Below, piece by piece: positions 26,047 through 38,000 of a stretch of DNA of 64,000 nucleotides. The position numbers and the translations under genes were made by a program. Source of the DNA: Paraspadella gotoi. Its lineage: Eukaryota; Animalia; Chaetognatha. The first letter of the stretch is position 1. Each line of letters begins with the position of its first letter. The DNA is taken from contig JBJCIZ010000028.1 in NCBI GenBank assembly GCA_051294375.1, positions 124,001 to 188,000 of the forward strand, read 5' to 3'. Under the pieces are notes generated by a model. It saw only the letters and a list, made by a program, of their open reading frames with translations. It did no database searches and was not told where the DNA came from.

Positions 26047-29000
26047 GAGTTAAATATCAGGGTCCAAATTAAAGTTCAACGATTTTAAAAAAAATGAAAT
26101 AAAGGACTTTCGGGAAATAAGCTTCGCCACGGCCTTTAAAACTCTGCCCTGTCCCATACCCCGTCTACAGTCGGTTCTCTCCATGAGCGCTACCTGCCCA
26201 CGCCCATCTGTTACCCGATGCAACCTCGGATGGACTTTCAACCATCAAACACGTGAGGAGGATGCTTTGTCTTCTCATACTCTCTCTCGCCCTCCTCTTC
26301 AACATCCCCAAGATTCTTCGAGGTTTGATGGGGTTGAGGGATGGGGGAGGGCGGAGAGGGGGTACTGGGGTTGTGGGTGCTGGGGTTGTGGATGGGATTG
26401 CTGAAATTGAGGGTTTGGGTATGCAGGAGGTGAGACTCTGAAGAGTCACGAAGACGTCTTTTTTCCGTGAATGCAATAACAAAGTGAAGAGACAGTAATT
26501 ATTGATATGTGTTAGTGACAGAACCTGAGCTTCGCATCAGGCTGTAACACCATGTTACAGGCGGGTTAAGCGCCCCGTCCCTATTAACTGCTAGGCGACC
26601 ACTGGGCTAGAACCCCGGACCTTTGGGTTGGGAGGCGAATGACTTGCCTCCGGGACCAATGGCCGCTGATGAACGGTCGGTGGATTTTAGTCCACCATAG
26701 GAGTAACTTTGCCATCTATATTGAGTTACATACGAACTTTAAGCTAGCAATAAAACAGTCACTATTTCTGTGACTATTTTTTTTTTAACCCATTCTGACT
26801 GTAAATGTAGATTTTTTTTTAAACATGGACGGCGAAGTGAGGTTCCTCTTTCCGCGTCCATGAAACACGAGCTGAAACGGATATCGTCTTTTATTCTTTA
26901 TACGATTTCTTTGAAACAAAAGGTAGCGCTAGTAGTCTCGTATGTAACGAGTCGTAGTCACTTTACTAGCATCTAGGTTCTTATAGAAAAAAATCTTAAA
27001 AGCATAAGGATCGTCGCAATAGCATAAGAAAAATCTGGATTGACGACAAATTTTGATACTAAAAAAAATAAAATTTGAGAAAAGAAAATTAAATTATAAA
27101 CAAAGAAAAATGTTATTTTGCGATTGTCAATAAAAAAAAAAGTACGGAAGAAAATTACAAAATGATAACATGCACGAATGCGATGCCTAATTTTAAGAGT
27201 TCAATCCTAATGCAATTTTTTTAAAAATAAAAACGCAGAGAGAATTGGATAAATTATTGTGCAAAAGAAGAGTNNNNNNNNNNNNNNNNNNNNNNNNNGC
27301 TACAAAAGAAAATTAAAGTTACAGTTTCTGAAAAAAAAAAAAGAAAAAAAAACAATTAAAAATTTTTTTAAAAAACCCGATGTTGCGATAGCAAAATTGA
27401 TAAAACATGCACGAATGCGATGCCATTTTAAGAGTTCAATCCTAATGCAATTTTTTTTAAAAATAAAAACGCAGAGAGAATTGGATAAATTATTGTGCCA
27501 AAAGAAGAGTTGTGAGAGAGAGAAGAAGAGAAAAGTTTTAACAAGCAAATGTGGTGAGACAGAATAGTGGTCAGAGATGAGGACAGGGTAAGTTGAACAC
27601 AGATTGAGTTATCTTAAAGTGACATTAAATAATGAATATTCAAACATTTTTATTCCAAACCGCGTGGAAAAAACCGAGCAGTATAGTGGACTAAAATTTA
27701 CCAACCATTCATCAGCGGCCAATGGTGCAGGAGACAAGTCATTCGCCTCCCAGCCCAAAGGTCGCCGAGCAGTTAAGAGGGAGGGGCGCGCTTAACCCGC
27801 CTGTAATACGGTGTTACAGTCTGATCCGAAGCTCAGGAACAACTTACATTGAACGGTTGAACGGTTGTCACTAACTCATAACTGTCTCTTTAGCAGTTGC
27901 TTTTGCTGCATCAAAGAAAACATTATATCCAAGAATTTCAAAACAATCGTTTAAAAGCCAAGAAAGTATTATTTGAATATTTATTCAGATTTTAATAATT
28001 ATTAACAGTTTTAGAATAACTCTATAATTCACTTTGTCGGTCCGTCGGACCGCCCCCTCAATTTTGTCAGGCATTCACTTATATCATGTCAGAACATCGA
28101 ATTATGATAAATTATACAAAAAAAACTATGTCTGTCCGTCTGTCTGTCCGTCCCACCTTAGCAAAAAACACCAATTACTCGTGATTGGATGGATGGATTG
28201 GAATGAAATTTTGTGTGTGGGTAGGGAAGTGTGTGATTGAACTGGATATGAAGTTTTGATGGAATCGTCCGAGTGGAAATGAGTTTAAACGGAAAAAAAT
28301 GTCACTATTTGAACACAAATTACTCATGAGTGGATTGACTTGGAATTTTGTATTTGGGTAGAAAAGTGCGTGATTAAACTGGANNNNNNNNNNNNNNNNN
28401 NNNNNNNNNNNNNNNNNNNNNNNNNNNNNNNNNNNNNNNNNNNNNNNNNNNNNNNNNNNNNNNNNNNNNNNNNNNNNNNNNNNGACAGAGCGCAACTCGA
28501 GTCAACTGAAAAATGTATTTCCGTTTTTTACACGTTTGTTGTCGCGCCATTAAACTTCCTCTTTTGTCGGCCAAAGTGTCGGCTAATATATATATATACA
28601 TATCTCTCTCTCTCTCTCCCTCTCCCCTCTCTCTCTCTTCTATCTCTCTCTTTCTATTCTCTCTCTCTCTCTCTCCCTTCTTTGGAACGGAAAGGGGAAG
28701 ATATGAATAATTTGCATTTATAGTAGTTAAATTTATTCCACGGCAAACACCGAGGCGTATTTGATTGGTGAATTTTAATCTCTGCCGAAGAAAATACAAT
28801 TAAAATAAAATAATACGTTTCCGTTTTTTTTAATTTCCTGTAAAAATATTCATACTTTGTTCAAATTTCAAATTACATTTAACAATAAGAAAAGAAATTA
28901 AATTCTGTTACTTGAAAAGTTTTTTAAACCAATGAATAATTCCGTAAACCGTAAAGATGTAAACTTTTTCGTCCCACTCTTCTTGCTCTCTTCTCTCTCG

Positions 29001-32000
29001 CTCCACTCTCTATCTCGTTTTAACGATAATCATTAATTAAGAAATCTACAAACTTTTTTGTTACTTCTTTAAATTGGGAAAAAATTTTGGTTTTTAAAAA
29101 AAATCTAAAAAAAATATTTTTTTACCAAACTTTTAAAAAAAAAACATTAAAAACGAAGGTTAACAACTTCAACAAATCTGTCGTGCCCTCTCTACTCATC
29201 TCTCTCTGCTCTCTCTCTTTCTCTCTCTCTCTCTCTTCTCTCTCTCTCTGTCTCTCTTTTCCTAGGAGAATAGAGTCGCTTGAATTCAGAAAGCTGATAT
29301 ATTAAATAAAAAAACCTAATTTCAAGATGAATGCTTTTTCTCTCAAATCGAAAATGAGCGAAAAAAAAAAGGGAAAAGGGATGAAAACTCATTGAAACTC
29401 GGAGAAAATGAAAATCGGGGCCTTATATTACCGAAAGCGCCACAATTCATCTTTTAATTCGGATTTATATTTAGGATAAAGTAAGGTATAGGTTAGGTTA
29501 GGTTAGGGATTATGTTAATTATTAGGGTTTAGGCAATTTAGTTATAGGGTTGAGTTTGGGCTAATTTAACGATTAAGGGTTTAAGTTAGGGTCAGATTTA
29601 AGTTATTAATATTTAAGCCTCAAAAATTTAATTCAGATTTCAAATAACAAAATTAGCGGCGCTTTTGGAAAAAAGAGCCTCCCTTGACAGATTTGGTCGT
29701 TTAGCCTTCATCCCTCTTTAAATATAATATTCCAAGCGGGACACATCTTCTCCCTCTCTTCTCTCTCTCTTTTCTCTCTCTTCTTCCTCTCTTTCTCTCT
29801 CTTGTCTCTATCTCATTGATTACTCGCCGCCCCATGAGGGGGGGGGGGGGGGGTGCAGTCATAAAAGTCAGGTGTCATGAGGTAGCAGGGAAACAGGAGG
29901 CTACATTGGTGCATACTCTGATGGAATTGTCACTGGTGCCACGGGTGAACCGACTTTATCGCTTCATAACAGACATATTTAAAAATCTCAACTGCACATT
30001 CTTGTCCAACCTGATATTACTTTCTTTACAAATGATTAAGTTTTAAAAAATGGCTGATTTAAGTATTAACAGAAATTAAGTTCAATTTAATTTAAATACC
30101 AAAATTCGTTGTATTTGGACAATCGCCTTTGTTATTGACATAGTCGTTCGTCATCGTCGTCATCATCATCGTCATCTTACATGGCGCAATCAATGCTGCC
30201 CACTCATTCGTGACGTTAAAGAGTTAAACTTATTACATCTTAATTATAATTAATAATTTCAACTCGTTTTTATCCATAATCAATCACCCTTTTTTACTTC
30301 ATTTCTAAGTGACAAGAAAGTTTGTTATATTTAACCTTTTCATATGTATCATTTCCTAAGATTTCTTTCATTCAATTTCTTCTTTTTCCTGTTTTGATTT
30401 TTTTTTTCTTCTTCTTCGAAAAAAATGCAACTTTTTAATCTTCCCTCGGTCTCAAATTCTTCTCTTCGAGACTCTCTCACTATCTGTCTCTCTTTCTTTC
30501 TTTCTTTTTTTCTTTTTTTCTTTTCTTTACTTTCTTTCTTTCTTACTTCCTTACTTTCTTTCCTTTATTTATCTCATTCTTTCTCTCTTTTCTCTTTCTT
30601 TCTCTCTTACTCCCTTTCTATTTTCTCTTTTTTTTCTTACCTTTCCCTATATCTCTCTCTCTTTCCCTCTCTCTTCTCTCTCTTCTCTCTCTCTCTCCCC
30701 TTTCCTCCTCTCTCTCCCGCCTCGCCTCCCTCTCTCCTCTTCTTCCTTTTCCTCCCCTCTTCATCTACAATGGCAAATTGTCCTCCTTTCTGCCAAGGGA
30801 AATTTCTCCCAAATTTCCTTTTCCCCCCCAAAAAAAAAATTCTCACTCAATCGTTCCACGACCTTTCAACAGAAAGCGGTTCCTTCCCCGCCTTCCTTTC
30901 TGCCCCTTCTTCTCCCCCTCCCCAGGTTCTAAGGGTGTTTTAAAAGGCTGTTTTTGACCGGGAAGAGTCAATGAGGAACCGACCAGATTTATGGCTCCAA
31001 GTTTTTTTCCAAAAGTTTTATCGGCACTATTTCTAAGAGCTCCCAAATTTTTGCTTCTAATTAACTGATAAATTGATTTTAAATAAATGCTTTAACTTGT
31101 AATAATTATCAAATTATTAACTCAATCTTTAAGCATAAATCCTATCCTTTATTCCTAACCCTAACTCCTCATCCTCAAACCTAATCATACTTTAACTCAA
31201 GTCCCAAAACTTATCTGCTAAACATAAACCTTAACCTTATTTATTTATCAAAATTTAATAACCCAAATCTTTTCACGTTACTCTTAAACTTAATAGTATT
31301 AACCTAATACATTTTATTTAATAATTTTGGTTAATTCTGAATTTAAAACTAAAAATGGGCCCTTTTGAAAAATATGGCGGTTTTCCCCCTTTTACACTAC
31401 TAAACCTCGCGTTGAATACAAATAGGGTAAAAGGAATCGGGGATTTATTACAACCAGATATTTTCGTTAAGCGGAATTATATTTTTTTCCTTCATTGCGT
31501 CACGGCATTTCCTGTAAGAAAAATTTTTTTATGGTTGGTGGATATTTACATTTTTAATACAATATTTCTTTTATAAAATATAATGAAGCATTAATTTATT
31601 AATATAATATTATATTAACAAATATAACTGTTTGCTAAAATTAAAAACTCACTGAGTAAACTTTTGATTTCTGTTGAATTGAATAGCTCTGGATTAATAT
31701 TAACATAACATGCTTATCAAATTATTGATCAGTTTTAGCGCTCAACCAAAGGAAACCTTATTTTTTAAATACAGTTTAACATGCAAAAGTTTAGTGACAT
31801 AAGTCTTTGTTAGGATTAATTGAATTGACTTAAATGTTCAATAAATGAATAATAAAACAATTCAAACTTTTAGCTCTTTACGTCTTACCATGACATGCGA
31901 CATCGGACACGCGTAACGACGAAATATTTATGCTTGGTGGGACACAGTGAAAACTATCTAGGATAAAAAAAAAGAGAGGGGGAAAGAAGAGAGGAGAGAC

Positions 32001-35000
32001 GAGAGAAGAGATGAGACGAGAGAGATGTGAAGTGAGGAGAGAGACGATGAGATGGAGAGAGAGAGAGAGAGAATCTCTTGATTGAGAAATGGACCCGTCG
32101 ACTTCGGTTGGGACGACTTTTAAACGGAAACTACCGACGCCCTTTCCCTTTTCTTAGCTGGGGATATAGATCCTGGCAATGTAAAATTTCCCTTTTTGTT
32201 TTTTTCGGTTTCCCTTTTTTGTTTTTGTTTTTGTATTTTTGTTTTTTGTTTTTTTTGTAAAATCCAAATCTTTCTCCTCGAAACAACAATGCCAACTTCT
32301 TCATTTTTTTTTGTTTTCCTCCTTTAACCAGGCCCAACGATATCCAACAAATTTGATGTTGAACCGATCAACCCACAACTCCTTTCCTAATAAAACTTGC
32401 ATTTTTTTGTCCACAAAACTTATTTTTTTTTGTCCCCTTCAATCCACGGACGCTTCTTTGCCCACAAACTGGACAAAGTACAATCGGCTAAGTTTTGTTT
32501 CAGGCCCTAAACCTTCATACAAGCAAATTATATTTTTCCCCGCAAAGACTTCTTTACAAGGAAGCTTTCTTTTACAGCTCTTCCATACTATCAGCTTACA
32601 TACGCTTTGCCTACTAGTCGCCGACAATTTAATTGAATTTCGAGCCTTATTTTCCAAAAACGCACCGTTTCATCTTGCGATTCGAATCGAATTTCTTTTT
32701 TTAGGTTTTAAGTTTATGTTTCGGGATTAAAAAAGGGATTAGTTTAATTAATTAATTATAAGAATTAGGTTTAATGTTTAAAAGGTTTAGGATTACAGAT
32801 AGTATTTATACATTAGGATTAGAGTTTTAGGTATCGGTTATGGAATTGAATAATAAAATAATTAATAATTTCTTAATCTTAATAAAAATAATTATAATAA
32901 TAATACACACGAGGTTATTCCATCAAACAAACAAACAAAACAAGCACTAAGTTTTAAGCAAAAAAAAAACATTGATAAAATAGAGAAAAAAAAACAGTTA
33001 TTAAATAAATTACTATTAATTAAAATTTAGAAACAATTAAAAATTGTGAGAATGATGACGATAATGAAATAATAATGAAATAATAATAATAATGAATTAC
33101 TTAATCTAATTAATTTAAGCATTACTTAGATTAATTCGTTTAATAAGAATCAGAGTTAAAATACAGGGTCAAAATTAAAAGGTTACAAACGATTTAAAAA
33201 AAAAAAATGAAATTAAAGACTTTCGGGAAATAGGCTTTCGGCCCAACGGCCTTTAAAACTCTGCCCTGTCCCTATACCCCGTCTTCAGTGGTTTCTCTCC
33301 ACTCGAGCCTAACTCGCCATCTGTACCCGGATGCACCTCGGATGCGATTTCACCAATCAACACACGTTGCAGAGGATGTGTCTTCTCATACTTCATACTC
33401 GCCCTCCTCTTCAACATCCCCAGATTCTTCCGAGGTTTTGATGGGGTTGAGTGGAATAGGGGGGGCGGAAAGTGGGTTGCTGGGGTTGTGGATGGTATTG
33501 CTGAAATTGGGGTTGGGTATTGCCAGAGGGAGACTCTCAAAGCAGTCACGAAGACCGGTCTTTTTTCTCCATGTGGCAATGCAACAACAAAGTAAGGAGA
33601 CAGTGAATTACTTGATATTGTGTTAGTGACAGAACCGTTCAATATGAGCCAGTCCCTGGAGCTTCGGATCAGCACTGTAAGCACCATGATACAGGGCGGG
33701 TTTAAGCGCCCCGTACCCTCTTAGACTGCTAGGCGACCACTTGGGCTAGGATCCCCGGACCTTTGGGTTGGGAGCAAATGACTTGCCTCCGGCATCCAAT
33801 GACGCCTGCATGAACGGTTGGCTGGATTTTAGTTCACCATACTCCCCCCCTCCCGTATGGGAGATCTGTCTTGCATTCCGCTTCAGCTGAATTGTTTGTT
33901 GTTGGTGGAAAGTTCGTCACCAAGTTTTTGCAGGCATGTGCCGCCTGATGTGTGATGGCGGAAAGTGCATCGCCAGGTTGAGTTATGTCGCCTGAAAGTC
34001 GTTGTTACGTTGCTGTGTGTTCGAAAGTCGGGCTCACCATTAAGAGACAGTAATTATTGATATGCTCTGATTAGTGACAGAAACCGTCAATATGAGCAGT
34101 CCCTGAGCTTCGGATCCAGACTGTAAACACCAGTTACAGGCGGGTTAAGGCGCCCCGGACCTAATTAACTGCTAGGCGACACTGCTAGAACCCCGGGACC
34201 TCTTGGGTTGGAGGCGAATGACTTGCCTCCGGGGACCAATGGCCGCTGATGAACGGTTGGTGGATTTTTAGTCCACCATAGAGTAACTTTGCCATCTTTA
34301 TATTGAGTTACATACGACACTTTAGCTAGCAATAAACAACAGTCACTATTTCTGTGCCAGTTTTTTTAACCCATATCGATGTAAATGTTAGGATTTTTTT
34401 TTTAAACATGGACGGGAAAGTGAGGTTCCTCATTCCGCAGTCCATGGAAACACGACTGGCTGAAACGGATTATCGTCTTTATTCTTTATACGATTCCTTT
34501 AAAACAAAAGGGTAGCACTAGTAGTCTCGTATGTAACGGAGTCGTTAGTCACATAACTAGCTCCAAATATGAAAATAAACGAGCTACACGGAGTTACGGA
34601 GCATTTTTTACCGTAATAGGGACGGACGAAGGACCGATAGACACGCAGATGTTATACCGAAACACGACGCGACCAAAAAGTGACTAATTTAATATGCTCC
34701 GCGGGCGCAACTAAAATTTTGCGTTCTGTTGGTAATATAATCTGGGGTATATCAGAAAGTTTGGCTAGTGATGTATGTGAACACCAAATTAGATTTCAAT
34801 ATGATTTACTTATATTTTCAAAAATATATACCACATTCACAATTACTGATTAAATAAAGTCGCAAAACAGTGCAGAAGCTCTCTCTCTCTATCTCTCTCT
34901 CACCACTCTCCGTTTCTCTACTCTCTTTTTAAAAAAAGAGTGGCCCAAATGTTAATGCGTTTTCAGTGACTTTTCTTAGCCCGTGTATTAATGATTACCT

Positions 35001-38000
35001 CAGCATCGGAATTTGTCTTTTATTCTTAGTTTTAAGTATTTCCTGACAAGGCGCCGGCGCAAGCAGTTCATTTAGATTAGGTTTTTTCTTTAACAAATTG
35101 GAGCAACAAACTATAGGCGAGTTATGATAATTTTTTACGTAAAGTGGCACAGCCCGAACAGACCGTCAATACCAACTGTACCGACCAACAGACTCGACCA
35201 AGACCAGACCGAAAAATGTGACTTAGAGAGTTGCCTCCGCGATGACTCTCGGCACCAACCCAGTGCACGAGATTGATTTAGATCAGTGCAAAACAAATCA
35301 AAACACTTTGTAACTGGTTGAAAATGAAACCTAGTTAGTAGTTAGCATACTAATTTATGTAGATTTAATATAAATTTATATTAGGTTCTAATAAAAGTAA
35401 CCACATGGTTAGAAATTTCCACTTGGATATTTTCATACTTTTTTTTAAGACTTATCAATATAATCAATATAATCAACTACATATCAATATTTTTCTTTTA
35501 TGTATTCTCAGTACGCAACTTAAAATTTAAAACAGCTGCAGGAATAATCAAAAAATAAACAAAGAGAACGTTGTCCTTTCTCAAATCTTCTTCTGTATAA
35601 AAAATGAATTTTTGGGTCCGTAAAATTAGACTCTTTACGTTTTTAATGGGAACGTTTAACTTTAAAAATTTTGTATACAGATTCATGTGAGCTGTAATTA
35701 CGTAAATCTCACGAAAATTTTGAAGTTCGTACTGGGGAAAAAACGTTCGTGCACAAAATATACAAATCCCCGGTTTTTGATATTTGGGAAAAATAATCTT
35801 TTTCTTTGCATTATTGGACGGGACAAAATCTAAATAAAAAAATATTCCTAAAAATAGAAGAATAATAAACAAAATTAGAAGTATTTTGCTTATATTTTTC
35901 TTAGTAATATTTTTTGATATCAGAACGGCGATTGTTCCAACGATGGGAAAAAAGGAAAGGCAAAAATAGAGGAGAAAGTTTTCTGTTAGAAAGAAGAATA
36001 AAAATAATTGATCATTGAATTTCTTTAAGGTCATTGTTATTTCCTTCTGCGTAAAATTGTTACGGCCTGAAAAAAAATTGCTTAAGCTCTCAGGAAAAGT
36101 GTCTAAAAAATGATCCTGGCGCCAGCCAAAAACTTTAAAGGGCAAAAAGCTGCAAAAAATAACAAAGAACATAATTACCAATTTATTATTTTTATTTGCT
36201 TTTAAAACCTTTTGTAAAAGTATTGAAAAAAACGTTATAGCGAACGTAGGTGAGAATCCCGATACAATTTTACCAACAATGTACATTCTTTTATTATAAG
36301 TTTTATCCTTGGAAGCGTCTCTATTCGTTGGTAGAGAAACAACAAAATTTAATAATATGATACACATGCTGGCGACAAACGGTGTTAAAGACAGTAAGTT
36401 CTTTAGTAGAATTCTTTTTTTCAGAAGATAAGCAATGACAAATATTGACCCCATTATTAAATCAAGAAATACTATTGAATTGTTGAAATTGTTATCTGGA
36501 AAGAATATTATGTAATTACCTAATTTAACAGAAAATTTGAAAGAGTTAATATTATCAAGTAAAAACTTACAATCTTCATGATAAATTATATTATCCTGAT
36601 TTCTAATTTTAAATATTATTGCATTGCCAAACACATTTGTGGCACAAAATGGTTTCGTTTTATCCAAAGAAATCATCATTTTTGGAGTTTTTTCATTTTT
36701 GAAGTATGAGAGGCCCCAGTAAGATTTCTCCAAGCCCCTCATATTTTCATCGCGATGCGAATTGAGAAAAATATGTTTTTCAATGTTGAAAATGGTTGAA
36801 AATATCAAAAAAGTGTACATTGGAATGGTTACAATGAAGAAAAACTGATTCGAGAGGTCCAGGGAATTTGGAATGCTTCTACTTTTAAGTTTTACAATAA
36901 TTTCTTTTAGTTCTTTTAAAGTAAAAACTCTAAGTAATACAAAAGGCAGAAAAATAAGCATGACGTAAGACATTCTTACCGTAGTTATTGATATGAGAAA
37001 TAAGTTAATAGATATTCCCACACTTCCCTGCATACTGTCGAATACAATGGTCAAAATCTTTTTTAGTTTTGGCACTTCTTTACCCAGTTTGCTTGCTCTA
37101 AACGTAGCAGCGGCCTTCGCCAAGCTCAGAGTGGATGCAACCAATGAGAAAATGAGAAAAAAATTCTTGAATTTCCAACTACAATATAAAACGTTGGTCA
37201 AATTTCGTCTAGCCGTCACAAAACAAGTGCAAATGTCACTGGTTAGGGTTAGGTTCCCGTTTTCCTGCAAACTGTAAACATTTCCCTGGTAGTTATAATT
37301 TCTTATTTGAGAAAAATCAAAACAAAATTCCGATGTCCCGCTGGTCAAAGAGATGACGACTGTGGCAGCTTGGATGAGCAACTGTGGAAAGGACTCAAAA
37401 ATGGAATGAATTAAAGTCATCATGAGTTCGAACGATTCTTTCACGACTCTTGCTTTCTCGTCCGAATTATTTCTGTCCAAAAATAAATCGATTGCTATGG
37501 GAATCGAACCCAGGCCGATCAGATAGAGTAGGACAACGACGACGAAGCGCCAAGGTTGTCCGGTCAATCTCGAAAATAAACCAGGATTGCGTCTTATCAC
37601 GGACAGTCCGTACAGTGAGGACACTACGCCATGCAGAGCCACTGAACAAAAGAGCATCCATCCAATTATTTTAAAAATCTTGACCGTTGACGTCAGATAT
37701 TGAACAGTTAATTTAAGATCGGACCCAGTGTCTGACAAGTTGAGAATAACGTTGAAAAGTAAATAACAAATTTGCACCAACATTTTTGCCAATTTATCTT
37801 TTGGAAGCAAATGAACGAAGATACTGTTCAGTTTATATAAGGATAAATTATTAGAAGAAGAACGGATACTTATAGGACAATGGATGTATGTTTATGAGAA
37901 TTTTATTTCATATCAATAATGATACAGTAGCATACATCAGCAACAAATAAAAAACAGAATTTAGACGTTAACCGTAAGGAAAACTAAGCTACGAGATTAT

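Larger units (their letters stand above)
21553..26975. repeat. Segmental duplication copy A (~5.4 kb); copy B at ~28487-34560
   Basis: Colinear near-identity from AGAGCGC(C)AACTCGAGTCAA to GTCGTAGTCAC. Copy B has many scattered 1-bp indels. Confidence 0.92.

Noticed and set aside
27160-27515. ~110-bp direct repeat around an N-gap (also CCTAGTGG on both sides of the gap at 7102-7110)
   Set aside because: Typical contig-end overlap artefact.
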